Counted from the first letter of the stretch, positions 38,286 through 48,694 are shown. The stretch is 64,000 bases of DNA from a virus (IMGVR_UViG_3300009078_000075:1-64000); one strand, 5' to 3'. The notes: generated from the letters alone by a model not told the origin. A program made the numbers and translations.

Positions 38286-39187
38286 TGAATAAATTATTTT
38301 ATACTTGGAGAGATTTTCAAAAAGATGTTAATTTATTAGTTGAGACGTGTACAAGATATTCAGCAATATATGGGGTTCCCAGAGGGGGAATTCCCTTGGC
38401 CGTTGCTTTGTCTCAAAGAACCGGAATTCCTATTATTGAAGATAAAGAACAAGTAATACATGATAATACAGTATTAGTGGTTGATGATATAGTAGATTCA
38501 GGAAAAACAAGGAATAAATTTTTAAAAAATAATTTTATTGCAATTCATGGTCGATGTAAATGGGAAGACACATTGACTATAAATTGTTTAAATTATTCGG
38601 ATGATTGGATTGTTTATCCTTGGGAGGTTGATACTGAAAATACAGGTCCTACAGATTCAGTAACCCGATTGATTGAATTTATAGGGGAAGATCCAAATAG
38701 GGAAGGCATTATTGATACCCCAAAGAGAGTTATTAAATCATATGAAGAAATATTTAAGGGGTATATACAAGAACCTTCTCAAATATTTACTACTTTTGAT
38801 TCAGAGGGATATGATTCCCTTGTAATGCTTAAAAATATAGAAATATATTCTATGTGTGAGCATCATATGCTTCCTTTTTTTGGAAAAGCCCATATAGCGT
38901 ATATTCCAGATGGAAAAATAATCGGGATATCTAAATTAGCAAGACTTGCAGAAATTTATTCACGGAGAATGCAAATTCAAGAAAGAATAGGGGAACAAAT
39001 TACCTCTGATTTAATGAAATATCTTAAACCAAAGGGGGCAGCATGTATTATTGAGGCTTCCCATTTATGTATGAGGATGAGAGGGGTAAGTAAGCAAAAT
39101 TCTACAATGATGACCAGTTCTTTAAAAGGTGTTTTCCTTGAAAATATTTCTGCTCGACAAGAGCTTATGGAATTGATAAAAGATTAA
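38285..39187 (+). CDS. folE: Phosphoribosyltransferase fused to GTP cyclohydrolase I
   Basis: N-terminal GVPRGG, LVVDDIVDSGKT, WIVYPWE (Gpt-like). C-terminal DTPKRV, SMCEHHMLPF, GISKLAR, QER, HLCMRMRG. Confidence 0.92.
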   Translation: MNKLFYTWRDFQKDVNLLVETCTRYSAIYGVPRGGIPLAVALSQRTGIPIIEDKEQVIHDNTVLVVDDIVDSGKTRNKFLKNNFIAIHGRCKWEDTLTINCLNYSDDWIVYPWEVDTENTGPTDSVTRLIEFIGEDPNREGIIDTPKRVIKSYEEIFKGYIQEPSQIFTTFDSEGYDSLVMLKNIEIYSMCEHHMLPFFGKAHIAYIPDGKIIGISKLARLAEIYSRRMQIQERIGEQITSDLMKYLKPKGAACIIEASHLCMRMRGVSKQNSTMMTSSLKGVFLENISARQELMELIKD

Positions 39188-39267
39188 TTTTGTAAAATTT
39201 TGTTTATAAATACATAATATATATACAGAAAGTTTAAACAGTAACCCTTATAAAAGGAGATCCGAAA

Positions 39268-39762
39268 ATGGATCAGGAAAAGAATGAAATTCCGGTTTAT
39301 GTTTCAAATTTTGAGATGTATCAGAGAGCCCTGCAGAAGGAAATTCAAATGTGGGAGCGAAATGTTCGGCTTCTTAACGAAAGTCTTGGAAAGCGATATT
39401 TGAAAGATCCCGATCTTTGTATTTTTATTGAGGATATTGGGAAACTTTCATATGGGGGGGCTGTTGTGTGTCATTTTTCAGAGAAAATGGCAAAGGAAGC
39501 TGGGAAAAATCCTTCATGTTGTGATTTTTGTCCTGCTGTTATGTGCGGGAATGGCCATTGTGAAGAGCGGGATAACAATCGGAAGATGGTCGGGGTGTGG
39601 GGATTATTTGACAATTCTCTTGATTATCTTATTCAGGGGAATGAGCGGCCGAGAATTCAAATGTATCATGTAGAGGCTGCTACAGCAATTCTTTTGTGGT
39701 TGAGAAAGACAAAATTCAATCTACAAAAGATGTATTCACAATGGTACAACGGGGGGGATTAA
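39268..39762 (+). CDS. Hypothetical protein
   Basis: AGGAG RBS; downstream of TACATAATA motif at 39211; Cys cluster. Confidence 0.65.
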   Translation: MDQEKNEIPVYVSNFEMYQRALQKEIQMWERNVRLLNESLGKRYLKDPDLCIFIEDIGKLSYGGAVVCHFSEKMAKEAGKNPSCCDFCPAVMCGNGHCEERDNNRKMVGVWGLFDNSLDYLIQGNERPRIQMYHVEAATAILLWLRKTKFNLQKMYSQWYNGGD

Positions 39763-39861
39763 TTAGAGGAGGTGATTATTAATGAGGCGATTTTAAATTT
39801 GTAAAAGTATATTGATTTTTTTCGGCATGGTAGTATTTTGTGAGATCGTTTAAAAATTTGG

Positions 39862-39936
39862 TGAGGAAAATTAAAACTCGTAAGTCCTTTATAAGAATTT
39901 TTAAATGTATGAGGAAAATTAAAACTCGTAAGTCCT
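39862..39936 (+). repeat. Two exact 27-bp direct repeats
   Basis: TGAGGAAAATTAAAACTCGTAAGTCCT at 39862 and 39910. Confidence 0.85.
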
Positions 39937-39971
39937 CTTATCTTACAATCTTTTTGGAAAGGGGAAACAAA

Positions 39972-40391
39972 ATGAAAGAAAATTTTCCAATTGAAAAGGA
40001 ATTTGAATATAATAAAATTGGTTCATGGTATGATGGGAATCCATATACCATTGCATTTTGTTATCCAAAAGATTTTTCCCCCTTTATTGTAAAGGGGGGA
40101 ATAATTGACGTTCGATCACATATTGAAAAGAAAATGCTTGGTAAGGCATTTTTAGTTTATTATACAATGTTTTGGAAAGGAAAGACAAGAACAATTATTG
40201 ATATTTATTTAGGAAATACAAAAAATAGTGCTTATTTAAGAAATAGGGAAAACCTCTGTAATAAGCATCAACATTATCAACTTATTGTTTTTTTAAAAAA
40301 TACTAATGTTTCTGGTACCCTTTCTTTTGAAAAATGGTTTCGACGACCACCCCGAAAATGGATAAAGGAATTAAATCCTTATATTGTTTAA
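39972..40391 (+). CDS. Hypothetical protein
   Basis: Likely start MKENF after AAGGGG RBS. Confidence 0.6.
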   Translation: MKENFPIEKEFEYNKIGSWYDGNPYTIAFCYPKDFSPFIVKGGIIDVRSHIEKKMLGKAFLVYYTMFWKGKTRTIIDIYLGNTKNSAYLRNRENLCNKHQHYQLIVFLKNTNVSGTLSFEKWFRRPPRKWIKELNPYIV

Positions 40392-40398
40392 AAAATAA

Positions 40399-40474
40399 GG
40401 GGTATTAACTCAGTTGGTAGAGTATTTGCCTTTTAAGCAAAGAGTCATCGGTTCGAGCCCGATATACCCCACCA
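40399..40474 (+). tRNA. tRNA-Lys(UUU)
   Basis: Acceptor GGGGTAT/ATACCCC plus ACCA; D arm CTCAGTTGGTAGAG; anticodon stem TTTGC/GCAAA with loop CTTTTAA; T loop GTTCGAG. Confidence 0.95.
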
Positions 40475-40738
40475 ATTTTAAATATTGAAGGGAATATGAT
40501 TACAAAAATAGTAAATTCAAAAGAAGAATTTTTAATTATCCCTTTGATAATGTCTCAAAGTATGGTGGTAGAGGAAGATATGGAGGTGATTTTAAATAAT
40601 AAAACAGGAACTAAATATCTTTTTCATCCTTGTCCATCAAATAATAAATTTTATAAAAAAATGTATTATAATGTAAAAAGAATGAGTGATCGTGAATTTA
40701 AATTTAAAACAGGTGGATTTTTTTCTTAAAATATTGAA

Positions 40739-41035
40739 ATGGAGAAAAAAATGGAAAACATTAATGAAGTACAGTCAGATTTGAAGGAAGAAGTTATGCA
40801 GAAATTAAATCAGATAAAAAAACCAGTGAGGTCTTTTATTTCTCATCATAGTGGAAAAAATGCATTGGCATTTCTTTCATTGGCTTCTCTTTTTGCTCCA
40901 CCAATGAATGTTCCCCTTGATGATGAATCAGGATTATGTATTCCTAAACTTGATAAATGTTTATTAAATAAAAAGAACAGGAATAGGCGAAGGAATCAGA
41001 TTGCAAAAATGTCAAGGAAAAGGAACAGAGGATAA
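40739..41035 (+). CDS. Hypothetical protein with basic C-terminus
   Basis: ORF in operon. Confidence 0.5.
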   Translation: MEKKMENINEVQSDLKEEVMQKLNQIKKPVRSFISHHSGKNALAFLSLASLFAPPMNVPLDDESGLCIPKLDKCLLNKKNRNRRRNQIAKMSRKRNRG

Positions 41036-41036
41036 A

Positions 41037-41612
41037 ATGATCATTGGGATAACTGGATATAAAGGTGTTGGGAAGGATGTTGCCGCTCAGGTATTTACAA
41101 ACATGGGATTTGTTCATTACAAATTTGCAAATGCTTTAAAACAAGCATTAAAGATTTTGTTTTTATGGGATGATCAATATATTGAGGGTCCTTTAAAGGA
41201 AACGATTGATGAAAGATGGGGAATTTCTCCGAGACAAGCAATGCAATTTTTTGGTACTGAAATAGGACGTGAATTATTGCCAAAAACATTTCCTTTATTT
41301 AAAGAAAAAAATGGGGACAATTATTGGGTAAGATATTTTAAATATTGGCGTGAGCAATTTAAATATCAAGAGGTTAATATTGTTGTTTCTGATGTTCGAT
41401 TTCCTAATGAAGTTGACAGTATTAGAGAGATGGGGGGGGTTATTTTACGAATATCTCGCCCTTCTGTCATAAATAATGATCCTCATGTATCTGAAAAATT
41501 TATTAAACAAATTGATCCTGAATATGAAATAGCTAATATGCATTCATTAGAAGAGTTTATACAACAAGTTAAATGTGTTTATTCATTAATTTTATCATGG
41601 AAGTGTGTATAA
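41037..41612 (+). CDS. Deoxynucleoside monophosphate kinase
   Basis: IIGITGYKGVGKD, FANALK, SPRQAMQFFGTE, DVRFPNE. Confidence 0.9.
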   Translation: MIIGITGYKGVGKDVAAQVFTNMGFVHYKFANALKQALKILFLWDDQYIEGPLKETIDERWGISPRQAMQFFGTEIGRELLPKTFPLFKEKNGDNYWVRYFKYWREQFKYQEVNIVVSDVRFPNEVDSIREMGGVILRISRPSVINNDPHVSEKFIKQIDPEYEIANMHSLEEFIQQVKCVYSLILSWKCV

Positions 41613-41621
41613 GATTTTAAT

Positions 41622-42089
41622 ATGAAAATATTGGTAATGAGTGAAAAGCTTTGTTTGTCAAAAATGAAAGAGCCTTTTTTTGAAAGTTTTATTGTTATAT
41701 CAATATCCAGTCCTGATAGAAAAGGAATACGTTTGTATAATCCTTTTATGAGGGAAGCTTTATATTTACAATTTTATGATCTTGATACAAAACCATTAGA
41801 TAAATTTTTTTATACTGTTAATGGGACAAAAGAAAAATTTGTTCTTTTTAATAAAAAGGATGCTAAAAATATTTTACAGTTTGTTAAAAAATATGAAAAA
41901 GAGGTTGATTTAATTATAGTAAATTGTGGGGCAGGTATTTCCCGATCTGCCGGTGTTGCTGCTGCTCTATCTTTTATATATAATGGAGATAATTCTTTTT
42001 ATTTTAGGCAATATTCACCAAATAAACTTGTATATCGGATTATTCTTAATGAGTATAATAAGGGGAAAAATAATGGGATTGTCTGCTAA
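41622..42089 (+). CDS. Protein tyrosine / dual-specificity phosphatase-like
   Basis: CX5R motif CGAGISRS. Confidence 0.8.
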   Translation: MKILVMSEKLCLSKMKEPFFESFIVISISSPDRKGIRLYNPFMREALYLQFYDLDTKPLDKFFYTVNGTKEKFVLFNKKDAKNILQFVKKYEKEVDLIIVNCGAGISRSAGVAAALSFIYNGDNSFYFRQYSPNKLVYRIILNEYNKGKNNGIVC

Positions 42090-42684
42090 ATCTTTTTTTG
42101 CTATTTGTAATGATGTTGCCCAAAATTCAAAATGCTTATCTCGAAAAATAGGCGCTGTTATTGTACGGGATGGAGCTATTGTAGGGACAGGGTATAATGG
42201 TCCTCCGAGAGGGGTCCCCCATTGTGGTGTCAGACATCAATATGATAATAAATTACAGGAGGAATATTATAATAAAAAAGCATGTTTTTGTTCTGATTGT
42301 TCTTGGGATGGAAAAAGTTTTCCAATAATAATAAGTGGAAATACTATTACATCTGCAATTACAAGTACAATATGTCCTCGCCAAATATTGGGATATAAAT
42401 CAGGGGAAGGATTAGAATGGTGCATAGCGGGACATGCTGAACGGAATGCCCTTATAAATTGTGCCCGAGAGGGAATTTCTACAAAGGGGTGTTCTATGTA
42501 TATGTCTTGTGGAATTTCCTGCACTCCTTGTTTAGTGGAAATTATTAATGCCGGGATTGTGGAAATTATTGTTACCAAATTTTCATTTTATGATTTATCA
42601 GGGGAGTATTTAGTTAGAAATTCATCACTTATAGTAAAAAATTTTGACGGAGAGGTTTTTAAAAAATGGGAAAGAAAAAAGTAA
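42073..42684 (+). CDS. dCMP deaminase
   Basis: SKCLSRKIGAVIV, GYNGPP, HAERNA, PCLVE. Confidence 0.88.
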   Translation: MGLSAKSFFAICNDVAQNSKCLSRKIGAVIVRDGAIVGTGYNGPPRGVPHCGVRHQYDNKLQEEYYNKKACFCSDCSWDGKSFPIIISGNTITSAITSTICPRQILGYKSGEGLEWCIAGHAERNALINCAREGISTKGCSMYMSCGISCTPCLVEIINAGIVEIIVTKFSFYDLSGEYLVRNSSLIVKNFDGEVFKKWERKK

Positions 42685-43020
42685 AAAAAATCAGTGACCT
42701 TGCTTTTTTTTATAAAATAAGGAAACAAATGCCTGATCCTTCAGAGGCACATTCTTTGAAAAATAAGTATAATAAGTCAAAATTTAAGAAAGAAGAAAAG
42801 GAATTTAACAAAACATATAAAGGGAAATCTTTTTTTGAAAGTGATGATGAATAATGGAAACTGTTCTTCTTCAATGTTCAAAATGTGAAAAAATAGTGAG
42901 AAGGAATATTATTAAAAATGGGACTTCTTTATTTTTTTGCATTACGTGTAATGAAATTATGGAAATTGTAGAAGTGTATACTGTAACTGCTCCCCCTAAT
43001 ATTGAAAATGAGGAAAAAGA

Positions 43021-43593
43021 ATGATTCAAGTTAAATTTAAAAAAATTAATGAAAATGCTGTTATTCCAAAATATGCATACCCCAATGATTCCGGTTTTGA
43101 TTTTTGTACAATTGAAGGTGTTTCAGTTTTTTATGGGGAAATTACTTTAATAAGAACAGGATTACAAATTGAATTACCAGGGGGAATTTCTTTTCTTAAA
43201 GAAAAATCGATTGATGATTATGAACAAAATAGAAAAGATATATTTCATTCCCCTTTACCTATTAATGATTATCCTTTTTTTAATAATATACGAAATGGAC
43301 AATTAATCCTTGTTCCAGAATTACAAATTAGAGCAAAAAGTGGATTAGCATTAAATCATGGGATACAAGTTGTAAATGGCCCTGCAACGGTGGATAATTC
43401 ATATCGAGGAGAAATTAAAGTATTAATTACAAGGGTCATTCCCGGACAATATTTTTTTAATAAAGGGGAAAAATTTGCTCAAGGGGTAATTTCATTGGTA
43501 ATGAGTACCCCGTCTGTTCAATTTCAAGAAGTTTTAGAATTGTCAAAAACAGAAAGATCAGATGGGGGATTTGGTAGTACAGGGAATTGGTAA
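43021..43593 (+). CDS. dut: Trimeric dUTPase with insertion
   Basis: DSGFD, KSGLA, TVDNSYRGEI, FAQ, RSDGGFGSTG. Confidence 0.9.
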   Translation: MIQVKFKKINENAVIPKYAYPNDSGFDFCTIEGVSVFYGEITLIRTGLQIELPGGISFLKEKSIDDYEQNRKDIFHSPLPINDYPFFNNIRNGQLILVPELQIRAKSGLALNHGIQVVNGPATVDNSYRGEIKVLITRVIPGQYFFNKGEKFAQGVISLVMSTPSVQFQEVLELSKTERSDGGFGSTGNW

Positions 43594-43722
43594 AAATTTT
43601 TGTATATTATATATGATCATTATTTTTTTAATTTTAATAATTTAAAAGTTTGGAGGATTTTATAAATGAGTCTAAATTATATTTCTTCTTCAAGTTAATT
43701 TTAGAATTGTGTTGGCAGTAAT

Positions 43723-44499
43723 ATGAAATCAATTACATGTTTAGGTGACTTTCATTGTGGAAATAGAACAGGATTAACGATTGAACCAAGAAATAAGGTT
43801 CAGGAGTTTCTTTTAGATGAATATAAAAAGAATATTAATTTATGGAATGATGTTAGTATCGTTATTGCTAACGGTGATCTTATTGATGGGTTGGGATTTT
43901 ATGATCCATCTCAAACACAAAATGATTTGTTGAAACAAGCAAAAGATGCATTTGAATTACTTAAATTGTGGAATGCAGATAAGTATTTTCTTACCTTTGG
44001 TACTCCTTTTCATGTTACAGATAAAAAAACAGGAGTTGATTATGAACAGCTCATTTGTGATTTTTTAAATACATGGAGACCAGGATGTGCAAGGATTGAG
44101 GATGATTATAATGTAAATCCTGCTCTTACCATTAAAGGAATTAGATTTAATATACGTCATAAAGTAGGGACGTCCATTGTTCCTTATGGAAAAGCTACTT
44201 TATTATTACGCACTGTAATTGCATCATTAATGAGAAATGCTATCAATAAACAAGAACTTCCTCATATAATTATTCGTTCCCATGCTCATTATTATTTAAA
44301 AGTGGAGGAATACGGAATTATTGCAATGATATTACCTTGCTGGCAAGCTCCGGGATCAAAATTTGGGACAAGACATTGTGAGGGATTAATTGATGTTGGG
44401 TCCGTAAAAATTGATATTAATGAGGAGACGAAAGAATTTTGGATAAACAAACGTATTGTGCTATTCTCATCGATGGATGGAGAGCATATAGTGATATAA
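43723..44499 (+). CDS. Calcineurin-like metallophosphoesterase
   Basis: GDFHCG, NGDLIDG and RSHAH motifs. Confidence 0.8.
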   Translation: MKSITCLGDFHCGNRTGLTIEPRNKVQEFLLDEYKKNINLWNDVSIVIANGDLIDGLGFYDPSQTQNDLLKQAKDAFELLKLWNADKYFLTFGTPFHVTDKKTGVDYEQLICDFLNTWRPGCARIEDDYNVNPALTIKGIRFNIRHKVGTSIVPYGKATLLLRTVIASLMRNAINKQELPHIIIRSHAHYYLKVEEYGIIAMILPCWQAPGSKFGTRHCEGLIDVGSVKIDINEETKEFWINKRIVLFSSMDGEHIVI

Positions 44500-44909
44500 A
44501 TGATATTGATTTAATAGAGAAAAGAAAACAAAAGGAAAAAGATTTTTGTTGTACTAAATGTCAAGATAAGAGAAAATGTGAATATTATATAGAAAGAAAT
44601 AATGAACGTAGCACCGATTGGAAAAGAAATAATTATGAATTAAATTTAAATGTATGTACTGTATATAATGGATCAGAAAAGGGAAAGGAGAGATATAAAA
44701 GATATAATTTATCAGAAAAGGGAAAGGAAAGGTGTAGAAAACATGAACGTACTGAGAAAAGAAAGGAACAAAGACGATTATATAATCTACTCCCGGCGGT
44801 AAAGAAAAAACGAAAAGAAAGAGAATATACTTTACAAAGAAAGTTATACAAAAAATTATATTATGAGAGAAAAAAACAAGAACGATTACTTAAAGACAAG
44901 GGTAATTAG
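44439..44909 (+). CDS. Hypothetical basic protein
   Basis: Lys/Arg-rich with YN.SEKGKER repeats; start uncertain. Confidence 0.45.
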   Translation: MDKQTYCAILIDGWRAYSDINDIDLIEKRKQKEKDFCCTKCQDKRKCEYYIERNNERSTDWKRNNYELNLNVCTVYNGSEKGKERYKRYNLSEKGKERCRKHERTEKRKEQRRLYNLLPAVKKKRKEREYTLQRKLYKKLYYERKKQERLLKDKGN

Positions 44910-45059
44910 TGTTCATTTTTTACAGTGTTTCCGTTGTGGTAAAACGGTAAGTATTTGTGATAATCCCGCCTGTTATAAACCCCTTAATTCAAGAAAAAAA
45001 ATATTTTGTACTCGTCAATCTCATTTTTGTTCTGAACATTGTTTAAATTATAAAAATAA

Positions 45060-45887
45060 TTGGAAAGGTTTTCAAAAATGATTACCAGTTCTTTAATTGT
45101 AAAATTATTGAAACAAAAACACATACTTGATTTGTGTTTCCCTGAATGTAAAGTAGGACCAACATACGGTGTAAACACTCATCCAATCCGTCTTGATTTT
45201 GTGGCAATAAAAAAATCATGGACCCAGTCATACATATATGGGTATGAAATAAAGACGCATCGACAAGATTTTGTAAATGATAATAAATGGCCCGAATATC
45301 TAAAATACTGCACTTCTTTTTATTTTGTGTGCCCTCCCGGGGTTATTAATAAAACGGAACTTCCTGATTCTGCAGGGTTATATAATACATCAAAAAATGG
45401 GACCCGTCTTTTTTGTATTAAAAAAGCTCCAATACGTGATATAACAATCCCTGAGTCCTTTTTTTGGTACTTATTAATAAACAGGGTTATTGCATCGGAA
45501 AATACATGGAAGCAACAAGAGACAAATTATGAGTATTGGAAGCGGTGGCTTAGTGAAAAAGACGAAAAAAAGAATCTCGGTAGTTTTGTTTCAAAGAAAC
45601 TTCGGAAACTTGTTGATGATAAAATTTCCTGTGTTGAAAAAGAAAATAGACATTTTAAAGATATGATACAGGGATTTGATACATTAAAGCAATTTCTTTT
45701 ATCAATCGGGGTATCTCAATATGATATTGATAATGGGAGTAGTTGGACATTAAGAAGAAGGGTAAATGATATAAGACAATTAATTTCCCCCGATTTGTTA
45801 CATAATATAAATACAAGTATTAATGAGCTTGATAAATTGAAACAATTAATAATTGAATTGACAAAGGAGAAAAATGAAAACATTTGA
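45060..45887 (+). CDS. MmcB-like PD-(D/E)xK nuclease family protein
   Basis: ECK...RLD...GYEIKTHRQDF..DNKW..Y..YC..FYFVCP. Confidence 0.7.
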   Translation: MERFSKMITSSLIVKLLKQKHILDLCFPECKVGPTYGVNTHPIRLDFVAIKKSWTQSYIYGYEIKTHRQDFVNDNKWPEYLKYCTSFYFVCPPGVINKTELPDSAGLYNTSKNGTRLFCIKKAPIRDITIPESFFWYLLINRVIASENTWKQQETNYEYWKRWLSEKDEKKNLGSFVSKKLRKLVDDKISCVEKENRHFKDMIQGFDTLKQFLLSIGVSQYDIDNGSSWTLRRRVNDIRQLISPDLLHNINTSINELDKLKQLIIELTKEKNENI

Positions 45888-46077
45888 GCAGGAATTACAG
45901 GAACTTATAAATCGTTATAGTAAAGAATCAGGATCGGATACCCCTGATTTTATGCTTGCTGAATATCTTTATGATTGTCTTATCGTGTTTGGGAAGACTA
46001 TGAAAGCAAGGGATAAATGGTATGGAAAGGAAAAATTTACTGGATTAAATTCAAATATTTTAGAAAAAAACGATTGA
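45874..46077 (+). CDS. Hypothetical phage protein
   Basis: LINRYSKE..SDTPDFMLAEYL; AGGAG RBS. Confidence 0.6.
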   Translation: MKTFEQELQELINRYSKESGSDTPDFMLAEYLYDCLIVFGKTMKARDKWYGKEKFTGLNSNILEKND

Positions 46078-46109
46078 AAAGACAAAATATGCCGATATAT
46101 ATAATAGAG
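46071..46109 (+). promoter_or_regulatory. Repeated promoter class A
   Basis: CGAT-N18-CGATATATATAATAGAG. Confidence 0.75.
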
Positions 46110-46144
46110 AGGGAAATAACAATAACCTTTAACAAAGGAGAAAG

Positions 46145-46447
46145 TTGATGAAAAGATTAGTAATTTTAATTTTAGTTTTTTTTGTAATTTTGAATTTTTC
46201 AGTTTGTAATGCTTACGGATGTTTTAATTATACAACCGGGACTGGGAATGATAACCATACCCCTATATTTGATCAGCCATTGGGTAAAGGTAGACTTATC
46301 GCTTGGATTCCAAATAATACTGCATTACGGTGTTCAGCTCATAATGGTATTTGGGTGAAGGTTATTTATTGGTTGGGAGAAAGAGGTAAATCAGATTGTA
46401 TTATTGGGTGGATTCCTAAAGATTTTTTAAAATGTTTGTCTAAGTAA
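46145..46447 (+). CDS. Secreted SH3b-like protein
   Basis: Signal peptide, WVKV...GWIP. Confidence 0.5.
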   Translation: MMKRLVILILVFFVILNFSVCNAYGCFNYTTGTGNDNHTPIFDQPLGKGRLIAWIPNNTALRCSAHNGIWVKVIYWLGERGKSDCIIGWIPKDFLKCLSK

Positions 46448-46471
46448 TATGAAGTTAACTTTTGACAAAAG

Positions 46472-46939
46472 GTGAATCCGATGAAAAAAATTATTATCTT
46501 CATTGTTATGTTTTTAGTTTTAGCAAATATTGTTCAAGCAGCTTCCCCTTTAGGATATGGGGGTAATTGGGATTATAATGAAGTTAGGTCCTTTCCAAGA
46601 ACAAAATTAGATTTATCATGGAATACATGGGATTCTTATGATAAAGCTCTTTTTTGCACTTGGATGAGTACACGGATTGTAGATTATGGACAGACAAATT
46701 ATTGTATACATCATTCTGAAACAAATGGTGAGCGAAATGAATTAATTAATGATCTTACTGATAGATGGGGCCGGGATGCTACATTACCTTATTTTATTGC
46801 AGGATCTATTCTTGGATATCTTGTTGCTAATGCTATGCCTTCTGGTAAGTTACGAAAAGCATTATTGCTTTCATTTGTTTTTTTACAGGGGAGAAATTGT
46901 GTATTCAATGCTTGTGGAGGATGTGGGGTTAGATTTTAA
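46472..46939 (+). CDS. Exported/membrane hypothetical protein
   Basis: Signal peptide and hydrophobic helices. Confidence 0.55.
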   Translation: MNPMKKIIIFIVMFLVLANIVQAASPLGYGGNWDYNEVRSFPRTKLDLSWNTWDSYDKALFCTWMSTRIVDYGQTNYCIHHSETNGERNELINDLTDRWGRDATLPYFIAGSILGYLVANAMPSGKLRKALLLSFVFLQGRNCVFNACGGCGVRF

Positions 46940-47416
46940 AAATGATTAAGTTAAAGGATTTAACAAAAAAAGAATTATTTGAAATTATTAAAGAACTGGG
47001 ATTAGATAAATTAATTTCGGATAGTGATATTAATTTTAAAAGGTATAATTCAAGATGTAAAAAAGCTCAAATGCTTATGGATAATGCAATGAAAAGAATG
47101 AATTTATTTCGTGGTACTGGGAAAATGCTTTTATATTGCAGAGCTTCTAATGACTGGGATCAGGGGAAAAGACAATTTGAGTTAGCCCAACTTGATTATG
47201 ATGCTTTTTTAAAGGAAAAGGAAAATGAGAAAAACATATAAACGATTTTGTATATAAAAAAAATTCTATTTTATTCAAATTGACACAAATTTATTTATAT
47301 AATGAAATTTATTTATATAATGAAATTGATTTTGATGTTACCCTTCCAGAAATAAAGGATTTAGTTAAAAGGTTTAAAGAAAATTTAAATCGAAAAATGA
47401 ATAGGGAAATCAAAAA

Positions 47417-47869
47417 ATGAAATATTTAGAATATCGAAATATGACATCTAAGCAAATTGCAGGTAAGTTAAGAAAAGAAAAATTATGGTATGATTATGTA
47501 ACTGCACTTCGGGGGCCAGATTTTTGTGAAAATAATTTAAAGGATCTTTTTACATGTTTTCTCCGGGGAAAAATGAAACTATTATCCGGGATGATGGGAA
47601 TAGTTTATTTTGAAAGAAAAATTTATTCAATTTATAAAGAAATAATTTCATCTGAAAAATCTGATTATTTTATTGAATTTCCTGGTATTGAATTTAATTT
47701 TGGTAGAAAACATTGGATAAGACATATATATTCAGGATTACAAGCAGTTGAATCATTTGGTGAAGAAGTGGAAGAAATTGCAAATGCATTGGAAATAGCT
47801 TTGTGCAATGACAATGCATTTTCTTTTATAAATATTGAAAGAATTGTAAATATAATAAAACCATTATAA
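47417..47869 (+). CDS. Hypothetical protein, paralog of 49647..50153
   Basis: Shared W.DY.TALRGPD...LK.LFTCFLRG and HW..H...LQA. Confidence 0.7.
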   Translation: MKYLEYRNMTSKQIAGKLRKEKLWYDYVTALRGPDFCENNLKDLFTCFLRGKMKLLSGMMGIVYFERKIYSIYKEIISSEKSDYFIEFPGIEFNFGRKHWIRHIYSGLQAVESFGEEVEEIANALEIALCNDNAFSFINIERIVNIIKPL

Positions 47870-48091
47870 AAAATACGGGAGGAGATATGAAATTTAGGGT
47901 GATCATGATTGAAGAGTATGAAGTTGATCCTTCATTGTATCCCAAGGGAAGTACCCCGGATGCAATGCGGAAAATTGATGAAGATAATTATAATAATGAT
48001 CCTTCATTTATCCTTGATGCAGATAATTTGAGGATATCGGTGGAAATCGTTGCAGAAGGGGAGATGCGAAGTGGAAAAAAGAAGATTATTA

Positions 48092-48694
48092 ATGTGGGAT
48101 AATCCTTATGTTCAAAAAGCAAGGGACTTTGCAATAAAAGCACATGGGGAGCAGAGGTATGGGGAACATCCGTTTATTTATCATCTTGATAAAGTAAATG
48201 AAATTCTTTCTAATCAAAGTCCCTGTATACAAGTAATCGGATATTTACATGATGTTTTGGAAGATACCGATATAACGATTGATATTCTTATAAATGAGTT
48301 TGGTGTATATATTGCCAATTGTGTTTATTTTCTTTCAGATGTAAAGGGGGAATCTCGAAAAATAAGAAAACAGAAAACATACGCAAAGTTAAAAACCCTT
48401 TGTATTAAAAATCAAGAATGGGCTTATAAGGAAGCCCTCATTGTAAAAATGGCTGATCGGTTGGCAAATATGCGGGCATGTATTAAGGATGGTAATCAGG
48501 GACTTTTAAAGATGTATCAGCAAGAAATGGCAGATTTTATAGATGTGGTATATCGTCCCGGATTATGTGACTCTCTTTGGATAGAGCTTTTTAAATTATA
48601 TGTCACACTTGATGATATTTATAAAAATCGAATGATTGAAAAGAATACTTTTTTTGCTGAATTGTATGGAAAAGAAAAAAAGGGGAAAGAATGA
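48092..48694 (+). CDS. HD-domain (p)ppGpp hydrolase-like protein (Mesh1/SpoT HD)
   Basis: FAIKAHGEQRY...PFIYHL, LHDVLEDT, VKMADRLAN. Confidence 0.85.
   Translation: MWDNPYVQKARDFAIKAHGEQRYGEHPFIYHLDKVNEILSNQSPCIQVIGYLHDVLEDTDITIDILINEFGVYIANCVYFLSDVKGESRKIRKQKTYAKLKTLCIKNQEWAYKEALIVKMADRLANMRACIKDGNQGLLKMYQQEMADFIDVVYRPGLCDSLWIELFKLYVTLDDIYKNRMIEKNTFFAELYGKEKKGKE

Noticed and set aside
39862-39936. Mini CRISPR array
   Set aside because: Only two repeats, a 21-bp spacer, no palindrome and no cas genes.
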